Positions 1 through 9,212 of a DNA stretch of 64,000 nt are shown here, in pieces. The DNA is taken from contig JBBRSB010000002.1 in assembly GCA_038245785.1 (NCBI GenBank), forward strand, positions 128,001 to 192,000. The letters are read 5' to 3'. Both the position numbers and the translations under genes were made by a program. Source of the DNA: Gloeobacterales cyanobacterium (lineage in GTDB: Bacteria > Cyanobacteriota > Cyanobacteriia > Gloeobacterales > PMM-0068). The notes beneath the pieces were generated by a model. It was not told the DNA's origin. It saw only the letters and a list, made by a program, of their open reading frames with translations, and did not search any database. Each line of letters begins with the position of its first letter. The first letter of the stretch is position 1.

Positions 1-975
1 ATAGTCCACAATGAACTCACGGATCTGCCCTACACGGGTATCTCTATGGGTTGGGGATGGGATGGCTATGCATCAACGCCAGCGAGAGATAACTCTATCA
101 GAAACAATATCATTCATAACTTCATGAATGTTCTCAAAGATGGCGGAGGTATTTATACGTTGAGTCTTCAACCCAACTCAATCATTGATGGAAACTACAT
201 CTACGACCAATACAATGAACCAGGTTATGGTGGGAACATCTATCCTGACCAGGGCAGTAATGGCTTCACTATTTCGAATAACGTAGTGATCAACTATGCC
301 CATCGCTGGGTCTATGTTTGGAATAATGACATCTTTGGAAATACTGTCCAGAACAACTTTGCCAACAGTGATGTTTTTGTCAACAACTCATTTACGACAG
401 GAGCTGATGGTAAAAGTATTGCAAAAAATACTTTTCAAAACAATACGGTTGTTGCAGCGGGAAATCTTCCCAGTCAAGCGCAGGATATCATAAATACAGC
501 AGGTATTCGGTCGACAGCCCAACAAGATGTAAAGAACAGCTTACTTTCTGTACTTTCCAATCTTGCACTCAAGCAACCTGCTACTGCATCCTCATTCTAT
601 GATGCAGGCTCAAGACCTGGAACGGCTAATGATGGAGTAATCAACAATAGCTGGTACGCTGGATGGTCCGCAGGCGGTGATGATAGTTCTCCTTGGTGGC
701 AAGTTGATTTAGGTGAGGCGAAGCAGTTGCATTCTATTGAGTTGACCCCTCGCCATGTCTTCGACCAACCTGGTACGAGAACAAACTTCGAAATCAGAAT
801 CTCAAACGACCCAACGTTTGCAAGCTATACGGTTGTCCATTCTCAAGGAAGTACACCCCTGAGGTTTGATAGTACGCTGAAGGCTGATGTTTCTGATAGT
901 AATCCTTATCGCTATGTACGGATTGCTAAGACGAAGAGCGAGTACTTCTGTATCGGAGAAGTGAAAGTCTTCTAA
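1..975 (+). CDS. Right-handed parallel beta-helix protein with C-terminal discoidin/F5-8 type C (CBM32-like) domain; 5' end lies outside the window
   Basis: Frame is open from base 1 (IVHNELTDLPYTGISMGWGW). Asn-rich beta-helix motifs (DGGGIYTL, IYPDQGS, ISNNV) and a C-terminal NLALKQPATASS...WWQVDLG...YRYVRI...EVKVF discoidin pattern. Confidence 0.8.
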   Translation: MVHNELTDLPYTGISMGWGWDGYASTPARDNSIRNNIIHNFMNVLKDGGGIYTLSLQPNSIIDGNYIYDQYNEPGYGGNIYPDQGSNGFTISNNVVINYAHRWVYVWNNDIFGNTVQNNFANSDVFVNNSFTTGADGKSIAKNTFQNNTVVAAGNLPSQAQDIINTAGIRSTAQQDVKNSLLSVLSNLALKQPATASSFYDAGSRPGTANDGVINNSWYAGWSAGGDDSSPWWQVDLGEAKQLHSIELTPRHVFDQPGTRTNFEIRISNDPTFASYTVVHSQGSTPLRFDSTLKADVSDSNPYRYVRIAKTKSEYFCIGEVKVF

Positions 976-987
976 TTGATGACTTTC

Positions 988-1078
988 GCCCCCCTGCCCC
1001 CCAACTTTGGGGGGTTCTATCCTCAAAGCCCCCCAGAATACTCTCCGAGAAGCTTACGCTATGGGGGATTTAGGGGGC
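988..1078. repeat. Cyanobacterial small dispersed palindromic repeat (CCCCCCAA-N3-GGGGGG ... CCCCCAGAAT..GGGGGATTTAGGGGGC) with an inner ~22-bp insert
   Basis: C-run/G-run hairpins are visible directly. An uninterrupted CCCCCCAGAATTGGGGGG copy sits at 2167-2184. Confidence 0.7.
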
Positions 1079-1135
1079 TTCTGGGATTCATGCAGGAGCT
1101 CTATTATCCACATCTCTGTGTATTGAATTTCGCTA

Positions 1136-1804
1136 CTAACTACCACCAATTTTGGGGAGGGATTGGATGAAGCCAGGCATCCATCCCGATAGACTATGAA
1201 CAGCATCAACAAATCCTGCTGCTGTAGCCGTTTTACCAGCCAAGTCACGTAAAACTTGAACAGGTGCCTTTAGCTTTGACCCCTTAGGATTAGGCGAATT
1301 AATTTCAGTTTCAAAATCATCAAGTTGCTCTATTGCTTCTTGTCGTTCTTCTTGTGGTAGAAATGCCGTATGTTGACGGATCTCTTGGATTAATTTGATA
1401 GCTTCAGAAATATCTAAAGCATTATGCTGAATGATGTTGGCATTATTATTTTTACCAGTCTGGACCGCTCCGATATTACCGTGGAAGTTCTGAATAACTG
1501 TAGAGGGAAAATTTTCAGTTGCTTTTTCTGGAAGCTTAATGGACTGTTCCACCTCTTTAATACCTTCGTGTGTGATACTGAAAATAGGATCATTTTCGCT
1601 GATCCCCTTGATTCTAATTAGCCCTTTATCTTCCAGGTATCTAACTATAGGCCCAACCTTACCGTCACTTACTTCTTCCTCTGTCATGAGATAACGAAAA
1701 GATGTAAAGCGAACTGGATCCGCTTCTGTTTTTTCCCATAATCTCCGAAGGACAGTGTAGCGAATTTTGTCCTCACTTATCACTTGTTCAAGACTTGGGT
1801 CCAT
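1136..1804 (-). CDS. Hypothetical protein (N-terminal winged-helix-like region, C-terminal helical domain)
   Basis: 222-aa ORF. VRYLEDKGLIRI...ITHEGIKEVE resembles a wHTH wing. The last codons run into a repeat remnant. Confidence 0.65.
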   Translation of the reverse strand: MDPSLEQVISEDKIRYTVLRRLWEKTEADPVRFTSFRYLMTEEEVSDGKVGPIVRYLEDKGLIRIKGISENDPIFSITHEGIKEVEQSIKLPEKATENFPSTVIQNFHGNIGAVQTGKNNNANIIQHNALDISEAIKLIQEIRQHTAFLPQEERQEAIEQLDDFETEINSPNPKGSKLKAPVQVLRDLAGKTATAAGFVDAVHSLSGWMPGFIQSLPKIGGS

Positions 1805-1813
1805 TTATTGTTC

Positions 1814-2047
1814 CTAACTTGGAAGAGGAATATCATCGCCGCAATCATAAGCAGTTTCAATCCAAAGTTCACGCGCTTCGCTTATATTTACCATTACCTC
1901 TTCTAGAGTATCGCCTTGAGTTATACATCCTGGAAGATCTTTAATTTCAGCAGTATAACCACCTTCTGGATCAGGGTGGAGTGTAACTGAATAATTTAAT
2001 TTTAAAAATTCCAATGGCTTTTTGTCAGAACCCTTTTTCATTATCAA
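1814..2047 (-). CDS. hicB: HicB-family antitoxin (short form, no C-terminal DNA-binding domain, no adjacent hicA)
   Basis: YSVTLHPDPEGGYTAEIKDLPGCITQGDTLEEVMVNISEARELWIE...IPLP is the HicB signature. Confidence 0.85.
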   Translation of the reverse strand: MIMKKGSDKKPLEFLKLNYSVTLHPDPEGGYTAEIKDLPGCITQGDTLEEVMVNISEARELWIETAYDCGDDIPLPS

Positions 2048-2165
2048 TAGGAAGATTGGTTAGAAATTCTTCTGCAAGATTACATAATAATTTATCAGCC
2101 TAGAGCAATGTTGCCCTCTCCTGCAGTTTTGGAGAGAGCAGACAAAGTTTTCAGCAAAAGGAATC

Positions 2166-2194
2166 ACCCCCCAGAATTGGGGGGCCGGGGGGGC
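2166..2194. repeat. Small palindromic dispersed repeat, possible terminator for the DUF3386 gene
   Basis: ccccccagaattggggggccgggggggc lies immediately after the stop of 2194..2838. Confidence 0.65.
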
Positions 2195-2838
2195 TAGCCC
2201 AACTGAATATTGCTGAAGGTGATTTCGGTGTAGGTTTTCTGGCCCATTTCCGTCCCACTGACAATCTGTTGGGTCATCAGATAGTGGCCGTCGAAGTTCT
2301 CGTAGATGTCCGTGAACTTGAGCTGACGGAGAACCTGACCATCTTGAGGATTGGTAAATACCGCATTGTAGGCAGAAGAGATATAGCCTCTGCCCGTGTC
2401 GATTTTGTCCAGATGGTTGATAGTGAAAGCCATACGGCCCATCACCCGAGATACCTGCACCACTTGTTGGTCCCGCACCTTGTAGTTAGAACCCATGGCA
2501 TCGCCACCGACTAGGATAGCTACTGCTCCCGTAGTATCAGGCTCTCCATCGGCAGAAAAGGTGTGCTTGCCATGGGAGGTTTCAAAGTCAGAATGTTTAC
2601 GGTGCACAACAACATCTTTTAGTTGGTTGCGTAGCCACTCTTCTGCTTTTTCGTCATCGGTTTCAACCGTCACTTCCATGCCTTTGGTGACCGTTACTTT
2701 TCCGGTGTAGGTCTGCTCTTTGAGATCCAGTACAAAATCTGCGGTGTAGCCAGGGAACGTTGCGTCCCAGGTGTAGCGATTTTCATAGGCGCTCTTAAAA
2801 AGTTCGCGAGCGTCGAGTTGAGTAGTTGAGGCAGTCAT
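2194..2838 (-). CDS. DUF3386 family protein
   Basis: ARELFKSAYENRYTWDATFPGYTAD N-terminus, typical of cyanobacterial DUF3386. Confidence 0.85.
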   Translation of the reverse strand: MTASTTQLDARELFKSAYENRYTWDATFPGYTADFVLDLKEQTYTGKVTVTKGMEVTVETDDEKAEEWLRNQLKDVVVHRKHSDFETSHGKHTFSADGEPDTTGAVAILVGGDAMGSNYKVRDQQVVQVSRVMGRMAFTINHLDKIDTGRGYISSAYNAVFTNPQDGQVLRQLKFTDIYENFDGHYLMTQQIVSGTEMGQKTYTEITFSNIQLG

Positions 2839-2953
2839 GAGTGCTCCTTGGTAAACCAGCTTGGACCTGCTTGCCTATCTATGGGTGCAGCAATTCACTC
2901 GCCATTAACTCATAGGATAGAAGCGGATCTCACTCATCATACCTGGAGGATTT

Positions 2954-3511
2954 GTGGTTCAGCCCTCTTTCCCTTTAAGTACTTACCATCGAGAAGTCCT
3001 TCATCAAAATCCCTACTGGAGCTATTGCAAGGACCGCTATGGACTCAAAGACAATGAAGCAAGCTTAGAAACAGATTATTTCTACGCCCACACACCAGGC
3101 TCTGTCATCGTCGTGCCCAGGACCAACGAAGGCGAATGGATTGTGGTCCGCCAAGATCGTTACCTGATGCAGAGGGCCATTTATGAATTTCCTGGAGGAG
3201 GTGTTCATGAGTCTCAGGGTCCGCTGGAGGCTGCCCAGCAAGAACTTCAGGAAGAAACCGGATTCCACGCCCAGCACTGGGAAAAGTTAGGAGAATTCAA
3301 CCCATGCAAGGGCCTGACCGACGAGAATTGCACGGTTTATCTGGCTCAGGGGCTAACCCCGATGGCCTCTGGCTCCTCCGATCCGTTTGAACTCCTGCAG
3401 GCAGTGACCTGTAGCCAAGAGCAAATTGAAGACTGGATAGACCAGGGCGAGTTTGCCTGCGGTATGAGCCTGGCCGCATGGATGCTGGCTCAACGACGCA
3501 AGCGGATATGA
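2954..3511 (+). CDS. NUDIX hydrolase (ADP-ribose pyrophosphatase-like)
   Basis: Nudix box EFPGGGVHESQGPLEAAQQELQEETG. Confidence 0.85.
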   Translation: MVQPSFPLSTYHREVLHQNPYWSYCKDRYGLKDNEASLETDYFYAHTPGSVIVVPRTNEGEWIVVRQDRYLMQRAIYEFPGGGVHESQGPLEAAQQELQEETGFHAQHWEKLGEFNPCKGLTDENCTVYLAQGLTPMASGSSDPFELLQAVTCSQEQIEDWIDQGEFACGMSLAAWMLAQRRKRI

Positions 3512-3516
3512 GAAAA

Positions 3517-3912
3517 TTAAGAACCGGTTACAGTCTTAAACCAGGATTTAACCTGACTCAGTAGGGCAGGAGTATCGTGATGATCTTTCAAAGCTTCTTT
3601 AAACTCAGCTAGCAGCTGAGTCTCCTCCTCTGCCATCCGACCATCCGCTGCCATCAACAACTTCAGCCCCCGCAACAGTTCCTTGCGTTCCGGGTCTGTA
3701 GCATGACTTGCTTTAAACTGCTCGATCCACAGATGACTGGTGTCCGAAGCGGGCTGTAGGGTCAAGTAATCAATGAGCTTGCTTTTCTCAGCATCACTCA
3801 CGGGTAAACGCTGGAGATAGCGACCCAGGACCAATTCTTCTGCAGGGTGGAGCTGTCCATCCGACCAGGCAGCCGCCACCAAGAGGCGAAAGGCAATGAG
3901 GGGAGTTTCCAT
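3517..3912 (-). CDS. TerB-family (tellurite resistance-like) protein
   Basis: Paired AAWSDGQLHPAE and LMAADGRMAEEE motifs. Confidence 0.8.
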   Translation of the reverse strand: METPLIAFRLLVAAAWSDGQLHPAEELVLGRYLQRLPVSDAEKSKLIDYLTLQPASDTSHLWIEQFKASHATDPERKELLRGLKLLMAADGRMAEEETQLLAEFKEALKDHHDTPALLSQVKSWFKTVTGS

Positions 3913-3976
3913 GTCCTCAAGGTAACAGAAAGAAACGCTGGTTTAGAGCGCTACACGGCCTCATCTTTCCAGATTC

Positions 3977-5179
3977 TTAATTAGGGGCATCGTTTCCCAT
4001 CGGGTACAGCTTAGGAAACCAGGATTCCACCACTTCAAGAGGAAATCCTAAACGTACAGGCCCTTTTTGCGTATCTGATATTAGGAGACCTTTTTTAACT
4101 AGCTCATTCAAGACAGAACGTGCTTGACGCTCTTGGTATCCCGTAATGGAGGCAGCCTTCCCCCGCTCAACTTCACCAGAAAACAAAGCTTCTCTAAGCA
4201 AAAAGAAGGAACCTCGTGGCAGGTTTTTTAAGTGGATTTCCTCCTCTACATAGCGTTCTATTCTAGATAACAGCCTCGTTGTATCCAGTAAAGAGGCCAT
4301 ATATTCAACCTGGTCAATGGCTACTTTAAGAAAAAACTCGCAAAAACTGACCAACCCCTTAGCAGTAAGATTCCCTCGTCCGTCCAAGTCATTCCATCGT
4401 TTCTGATCAGCAGTCATCAAAGAAGCTTTATAATCCTGATTTCTTCTAGCAAGTCCCCGTGAAACTGACCAGAGACTGTTGCCGATTCCAATGTGCCTCA
4501 GATATGCATGAGAGAATAGGCGCGTGACTCGGCCATTCCCGTCATAGAAGGGATGTATCCATAGCAAACGGTGATGGGCGGCGGCTACCGCAATGAGCTG
4601 CTGCAACTTGGACAATCTTTGGGGACTGTAGGCTTCTGTAAAACGCCGCAAGAACTTCAGTAGAGCACTGGAATGAGGAGGAATATGACGACCAACCTGC
4701 ACTCCACCCGTTCTGAGTTGACCGGGAGTAATCACTAATTGTTCTTTTGTACTTGGGTTTTCAACGGAGAGCAGTTCGCTGGGTAGCCGACGACAAAATT
4801 CGCGATGCAGCCAAAGGATATAATCTACAGAAACTATATCCTGAGGCCCTTGTCCAGCATCGATCATGCGCTGTACTTCAATATGAGCTTTAGCTTCCAA
4901 CTGTAAATTGCGTTTTTCAAGATTATCCGAAAAATCATCTGCTAAAGCACGGTCAATATCTCGCGGATGGGTGTTGTGCCCCTCAATCAGGTTGCTGTAG
5001 TAGCAATTTATAGAACGTACTAAATCTCCGATGGATTCTCGAACAATAGGATGAACTTGCCCTGCTAGCGCACTAGCTTTGGCAGTCAGATCCATAGCTA
5101 AGTTTTCTAAGAGGCGATTTCCCTCCTCTGGCAGCATAGGCTCCATCAACGCTACGGACTGATCAATTTGTTCCATCAT
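3977..5179 (-). CDS. Fic-family protein (class II, with auto-inhibitory helix) and C-terminal HTH-like region
   Basis: Catalytic HPFYDGNGRVTR motif and inhibitory SNLIEG motif. Confidence 0.9.
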   Translation of the reverse strand: MMEQIDQSVALMEPMLPEEGNRLLENLAMDLTAKASALAGQVHPIVRESIGDLVRSINCYYSNLIEGHNTHPRDIDRALADDFSDNLEKRNLQLEAKAHIEVQRMIDAGQGPQDIVSVDYILWLHREFCRRLPSELLSVENPSTKEQLVITPGQLRTGGVQVGRHIPPHSSALLKFLRRFTEAYSPQRLSKLQQLIAVAAAHHRLLWIHPFYDGNGRVTRLFSHAYLRHIGIGNSLWSVSRGLARRNQDYKASLMTADQKRWNDLDGRGNLTAKGLVSFCEFFLKVAIDQVEYMASLLDTTRLLSRIERYVEEEIHLKNLPRGSFFLLREALFSGEVERGKAASITGYQERQARSVLNELVKKGLLISDTQKGPVRLGFPLEVVESWFPKLYPMGNDAPN

Positions 5180-5188
5180 CTTCTGTGT

Positions 5189-5279
5189 TTTTTGCCGATC
5201 CTAAAAAACGCTATTGCTCCTCTCTATTATGGCTTTCAGAGGTCAAATAACAAATTTTTTGCCGATCTTTTTGCCGATG
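5189..5279. promoter_or_regulatory. Three copies of TTTTTGCCGAT upstream of the fic gene (putative operator)
   Basis: Copies at 5189-5199, 5256-5266 and 5268-5278. Confidence 0.4.
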
Positions 5280-5423
5280 TCAGCGCTTTATTATTTATGC
5301 AGCCATAGCATAGGTCTTAAAAGACCTTCAGCCTTAGAGCGTATTTAGCAAGACTGGTGTACCTGTCCAAAAAAATCTTTAATAGAGATAGTGGAGTAAG
5401 GACTGCTCTCTTTTGGGGTTTTC

Positions 5424-6683
5424 ATGAGTGAAGCGCGCGAACGACTGATGAAGGTAGCGGCTCAGCGGAACTATCGGGTGACGATTGGGGAAGTGGCTGC
5501 TGTAGCGGGGGTGCCCTTGGCAGAGGCTCGTCGTGAACTGACTCTGCTGGCACAGGATACCCAAGGGCATCTCCAGGTCAGTGAACAGGGAGAAATCGTC
5601 TATGAGTTCTCCCCACAGTGGAAGCAAATCCTAGAACAGAAGCAATTTAAAGAGAAGCTCCTGAGTTTTTGGAATAGCATCAAAGGCGCACTCTTTTATG
5701 CTGTTCGGATCAGTTTTGGTATCGTTTTAGTTCTTTCCATTCTTATTATTGTGGTTGCTCTGATTGCCCTTTATATAGCGGCGAATAGCAATCGAAATAG
5801 TGATGACCGTCGGGATAATGACTTTTCCTTTGGCGGTGGCGGGTTCGGCTATTTCTGGAATCCCTATATTTTTTACTGGGGAGATCCTTATCAACGCCAA
5901 CAAGAGCGACGTCAGCGCAATGAAAAGATGGGCTTTCTGGAAGGGGTGTTCTCATTTATCTTTGGTGAGGGAGACCCCAACCGAGATTTAGAAAAGCGAC
6001 GCTGGAGCTTGGTAGGCCGCAAGATTCGTCAGGAGCAAGGCGTAGTTACGGCCGAGCAATTAGCACCTTATTTGGAAGGGCCCTATACCGAACAAGAAGA
6101 CTATATGCTCCCTGCTTTAGTAAAGTTTGATGGACAACCCCAAGTCAGTGACGAGGGAGGACTTGTTTATGTATTTCCCCAGCTCCAAGTCAGTGCTAAC
6201 GAATCTTATGAAGGTGGCACGTCTGAAACCCTCGTAGAAAAGCCCTGGAAATTTAGTGAAGCTGATGGAACGACCTTAACCTGGGCTGGACTGCTTGGTG
6301 TTGCTAACTTCTTGGGAGCCTGGTTCTTAGCCTTACAGTTTGACCAAATTTCTGCAGAATTGGGTGGATATCTTGGCTGGGTCGAGGCGATTATGCCCTT
6401 CCTCTTAGCTTATGGCACGCTATTTTTAGCCATTCCTGCCTATCGATATTTCACCTTGGGAAGCAAAAATATAGCAGTGGAAAAACGGAATGCCTTCCGT
6501 AGCAATCGGGTCAGAGTATTAAAATCTCCTACCCCTGCCCTACAGCAAAAGATGGCTTGGGCCAAGCAATTTGCTAAGAAACAAATTATTGGCAAAGAGG
6601 ACGTGATTTACTCGACAGACCGTGATTTGATTGAACAGAAAGATTTAGATATGGATGACTTTGACCAAAAGCTTAAGAGTTAA
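5424..6683 (+). CDS. Conserved cyanobacterial/plastid membrane protein (At5g03900-like)
   Basis: 419 aa. N-terminal VTIGEVAAVAG..GHLQVSEQGEIVYEF, a TM helix, FSFIFGEGDPN and GVVTAEQLAPYL motifs. Confidence 0.75.
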   Translation: MSEARERLMKVAAQRNYRVTIGEVAAVAGVPLAEARRELTLLAQDTQGHLQVSEQGEIVYEFSPQWKQILEQKQFKEKLLSFWNSIKGALFYAVRISFGIVLVLSILIIVVALIALYIAANSNRNSDDRRDNDFSFGGGGFGYFWNPYIFYWGDPYQRQQERRQRNEKMGFLEGVFSFIFGEGDPNRDLEKRRWSLVGRKIRQEQGVVTAEQLAPYLEGPYTEQEDYMLPALVKFDGQPQVSDEGGLVYVFPQLQVSANESYEGGTSETLVEKPWKFSEADGTTLTWAGLLGVANFLGAWFLALQFDQISAELGGYLGWVEAIMPFLLAYGTLFLAIPAYRYFTLGSKNIAVEKRNAFRSNRVRVLKSPTPALQQKMAWAKQFAKKQIIGKEDVIYSTDRDLIEQKDLDMDDFDQKLKS

Positions 6684-6881
6684 CTCAATGCCTATGGATT
6701 CGTGCTCTTTTCCTCCGCGCAGAGAGTGGGTTCATAACCAGTAGCCTCATGATTGCGATATATAAACCTATTTATTCTGCTGTGAAGTGAATGATAGAAA
6801 CGCAAAGTCTATAAACAAAAAGTGAAAGTGCAGTCCAATTTTTCCATACACTGAAAGAGCAGTACCACTTACGCTGAATTT

Positions 6882-7829
6882 ATGGTCCGTGTGACAGTTC
6901 TTGGTACGATAAGTCTCCCTTCAGGAGGACCCATCCAGCTCCTACAGCGAGACTATGGTCAGGGAGGGAATTTAGTAAGTATCATTGCAGGCATTCATGG
7001 AGACGAATACCTTGGGCTGTATGTGGTCTATCGCTTGATTCAATGGCTAGAGTCTATAGAACAATCGACTTATCAACTACGAGGACGAATCCGCATTGTC
7101 GGCTGTGCCAATCCCTTGGGCGCTTTAGTTGGGGAGCGCCTATGGCCCGCAGATTTTACCGATATAAACCGGATCTTTCCTGGTTATCAGATAGGTGAAG
7201 CTAGTCAGAGATTAGCTCACTGGATTTTTGATGCCCTAAAACCTTCCCTGCTGAGCTTAGACCTCCATAACGGCATTGCCATGCATGAACTCCTCCATGC
7301 CCGGAGTTACTCAAGAGAGTCTTGGCTTCAAAGAGGGATGTATAAGATGGGCCTACCTGCTATCTGGTATCAATCTTTTCAGGAACCTAGCGCTCGTTAT
7401 CTGGAAGTCCCTGGAACGGTGGAAGGAACTTTACAGTACTGCCTCCACCAACACGGCATTGAGAATATTGTTCTCTGCGGAGGACCTGATTTAGATGTCA
7501 AACAGGGAGTCCAGCTTTTCAGAGGATTACTCAGGCTTCTGTTCCATTTGGAAATTCTCAAGGGTCCTCCTCTAGAAGAGCTAGAACCAGTACAGGAATG
7601 CAGACCTGTGAAGAGTATTACGCCCATCCTAAGCCAACGGGGAGGCTTCTTTTTGGCGCACGGTACTCTGGGCGAGTGGGTTAAAAAGGGGTCTTACTTG
7701 GGAGAAACTGTAGATATCCAATCGGGCCAAGTTTTAGAGCAGATTTTCAGCCCAATGGAAGGATTAGTGCTGAGTTTACGCAAGCAGCCCATGGTCGGTG
7801 AAGGAATGCTTTTAGCCAGAATTGCGTGA
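6882..7829 (+). CDS. Succinylglutamate desuccinylase/aspartoacylase (M14) family protein
   Basis: AGIHGDE, DINRIFPG and DLH motifs, plus a C-terminal beta-hairpin (GEWVKKG..LG) domain. Confidence 0.8.
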   Translation: MVRVTVLGTISLPSGGPIQLLQRDYGQGGNLVSIIAGIHGDEYLGLYVVYRLIQWLESIEQSTYQLRGRIRIVGCANPLGALVGERLWPADFTDINRIFPGYQIGEASQRLAHWIFDALKPSLLSLDLHNGIAMHELLHARSYSRESWLQRGMYKMGLPAIWYQSFQEPSARYLEVPGTVEGTLQYCLHQHGIENIVLCGGPDLDVKQGVQLFRGLLRLLFHLEILKGPPLEELEPVQECRPVKSITPILSQRGGFFLAHGTLGEWVKKGSYLGETVDIQSGQVLEQIFSPMEGLVLSLRKQPMVGEGMLLARIA

Positions 7830-7853
7830 CGTATGCCCTCAAAGTGAATGGGT

Positions 7854-8831
7854 TTAAACCACTAAAACGGCAGCACCCCGAATTTTCCCACCACGAAGAG
7901 CATCCAGTGCTTCATTAGCTCGACTGAGGGCAAACGGTTCTACTGCTGTTCGGATCGGAATTTGAGGTGCCAGCGTCAGAAATTCTTCTCCATCTTGACG
8001 GGTCAAATTAGCCACAGACCGCAAAACCCGCTCTCCCCAAAGTATTTCATAGGGGAAAGAGGGAATGTCACTCATATGAATTCCGGCGCAGACGACTGTA
8101 CCGCCTTTAGCAATTGATTGGAGGGCTTGAGGAACCAGTTCGCCAGCAGGAGCAAAGATAATCGCCGCATCCAATTCTTCAGGCGGTGAACCATCCCCTG
8201 CCCACACCGCACCCAGATCCCGAGCGAACTGTTGCCCCTTGCTATCGCCAGGTCGGGTAAAAGCAAAAACCTTACGTCCTTGATGGCGAGCCACCTGAAT
8301 CAAGATATGGGCAGCCGCTCCAAATCCATAGAAGCCTAGCCGTTCAGCATCTCCGGTCATCTTGAAAGCACGATAGCCAATCAACCCAGCACACAGGAGT
8401 GGCGCTGCTTGCAGGTCAGGATAGCCCTCCGGAATCGCAAAGCAAAATTGCTCTTGGGCCACGGTGTATTCGGCATAGCCTCCATCTAGCTGGTAGCCCG
8501 TGAATTGGGCAAAGTCACAGAGATTTTCCCGTCCGCTTAGACAATAGCGGCAATGATGACAGGTAAATCCAAGCCAGGGAACGCCTACCCGTTCACCAAC
8601 GGCAAATCGCTCTACACGTTCGCCAACAGCCGCTACCGTCCCGACAATCTGATGTCCAAGAACCAAGGGAAGTTTTGGGTGTTTCAGCTCTCCCGCCAGC
8701 ACATGGAGGTCTGTCCGACAGATGCCACAGGCATGAATCTGAATCAAAACCTGTGTCGGGCCAGGAGTAGGGATGGGCATATCCATCGCTTGCAGTGCTT
8801 GACCAAGCGCTTCCAATACCATTGCACGCAT
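7854..8831 (-). CDS. Zinc-dependent alcohol dehydrogenase family protein
   Basis: CGICRTDLH, GHQIVG, CHHCRYC...C structural Zn site and GFGAAA. Confidence 0.92.
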   Translation of the reverse strand: MRAMVLEALGQALQAMDMPIPTPGPTQVLIQIHACGICRTDLHVLAGELKHPKLPLVLGHQIVGTVAAVGERVERFAVGERVGVPWLGFTCHHCRYCLSGRENLCDFAQFTGYQLDGGYAEYTVAQEQFCFAIPEGYPDLQAAPLLCAGLIGYRAFKMTGDAERLGFYGFGAAAHILIQVARHQGRKVFAFTRPGDSKGQQFARDLGAVWAGDGSPPEELDAAIIFAPAGELVPQALQSIAKGGTVVCAGIHMSDIPSFPYEILWGERVLRSVANLTRQDGEEFLTLAPQIPIRTAVEPFALSRANEALDALRGGKIRGAAVLVV

Positions 8832-9014
8832 GGCTAAAAACCAGAGACGGTTGATTCCAAGATAGCTTCTCTATGCTCCTGCTCTACTTCATAAGAAGAT
8901 GTAGAACTCATTGCCGAACAGCAGACGAAAACGCGCTTAGCATTGGCCGCCAACTAAGATCATTCTTCGATATGACTCACAGGCTTCGGCCTACAGCAAA
9001 ATTATGTCCATGCT

Positions 9015-9212
9015 TTAAAATCTTTTTGGAAGACCAGCCTGTTTCAAGACGGCATTAGCAGTATGCCGAGATTTAATAGATTGATCTACTACAAATCGAT
9101 TCTGCGAAATAGGGCTATACCAAATTTCGTGATCTCCTTTTCCCTGTCTTTCAAAATAGCAACCATTCTCCGTCAGAATCTTTTTTAATTCGGGGGCCAA
9201 TGATTTTGGCAC
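9015..9212 (-). CDS. hicA: HicA-family toxin
   Basis: 65 aa: LKKILTENGCYFERQGKGDHEIWYSP...SRHTANAVLKQAGL. Confidence 0.88.
   Translation of the reverse strand: MPKSLAPELKKILTENGCYFERQGKGDHEIWYSPISQNRFVVDQSIKSRHTANAVLKQAGLPKRF

Noticed and set aside
976..1170. 64-aa ORF (PLPPNFGG...SPPE...GGFRG)
   Set aside because: It is just the translation of the palindromic repeat.
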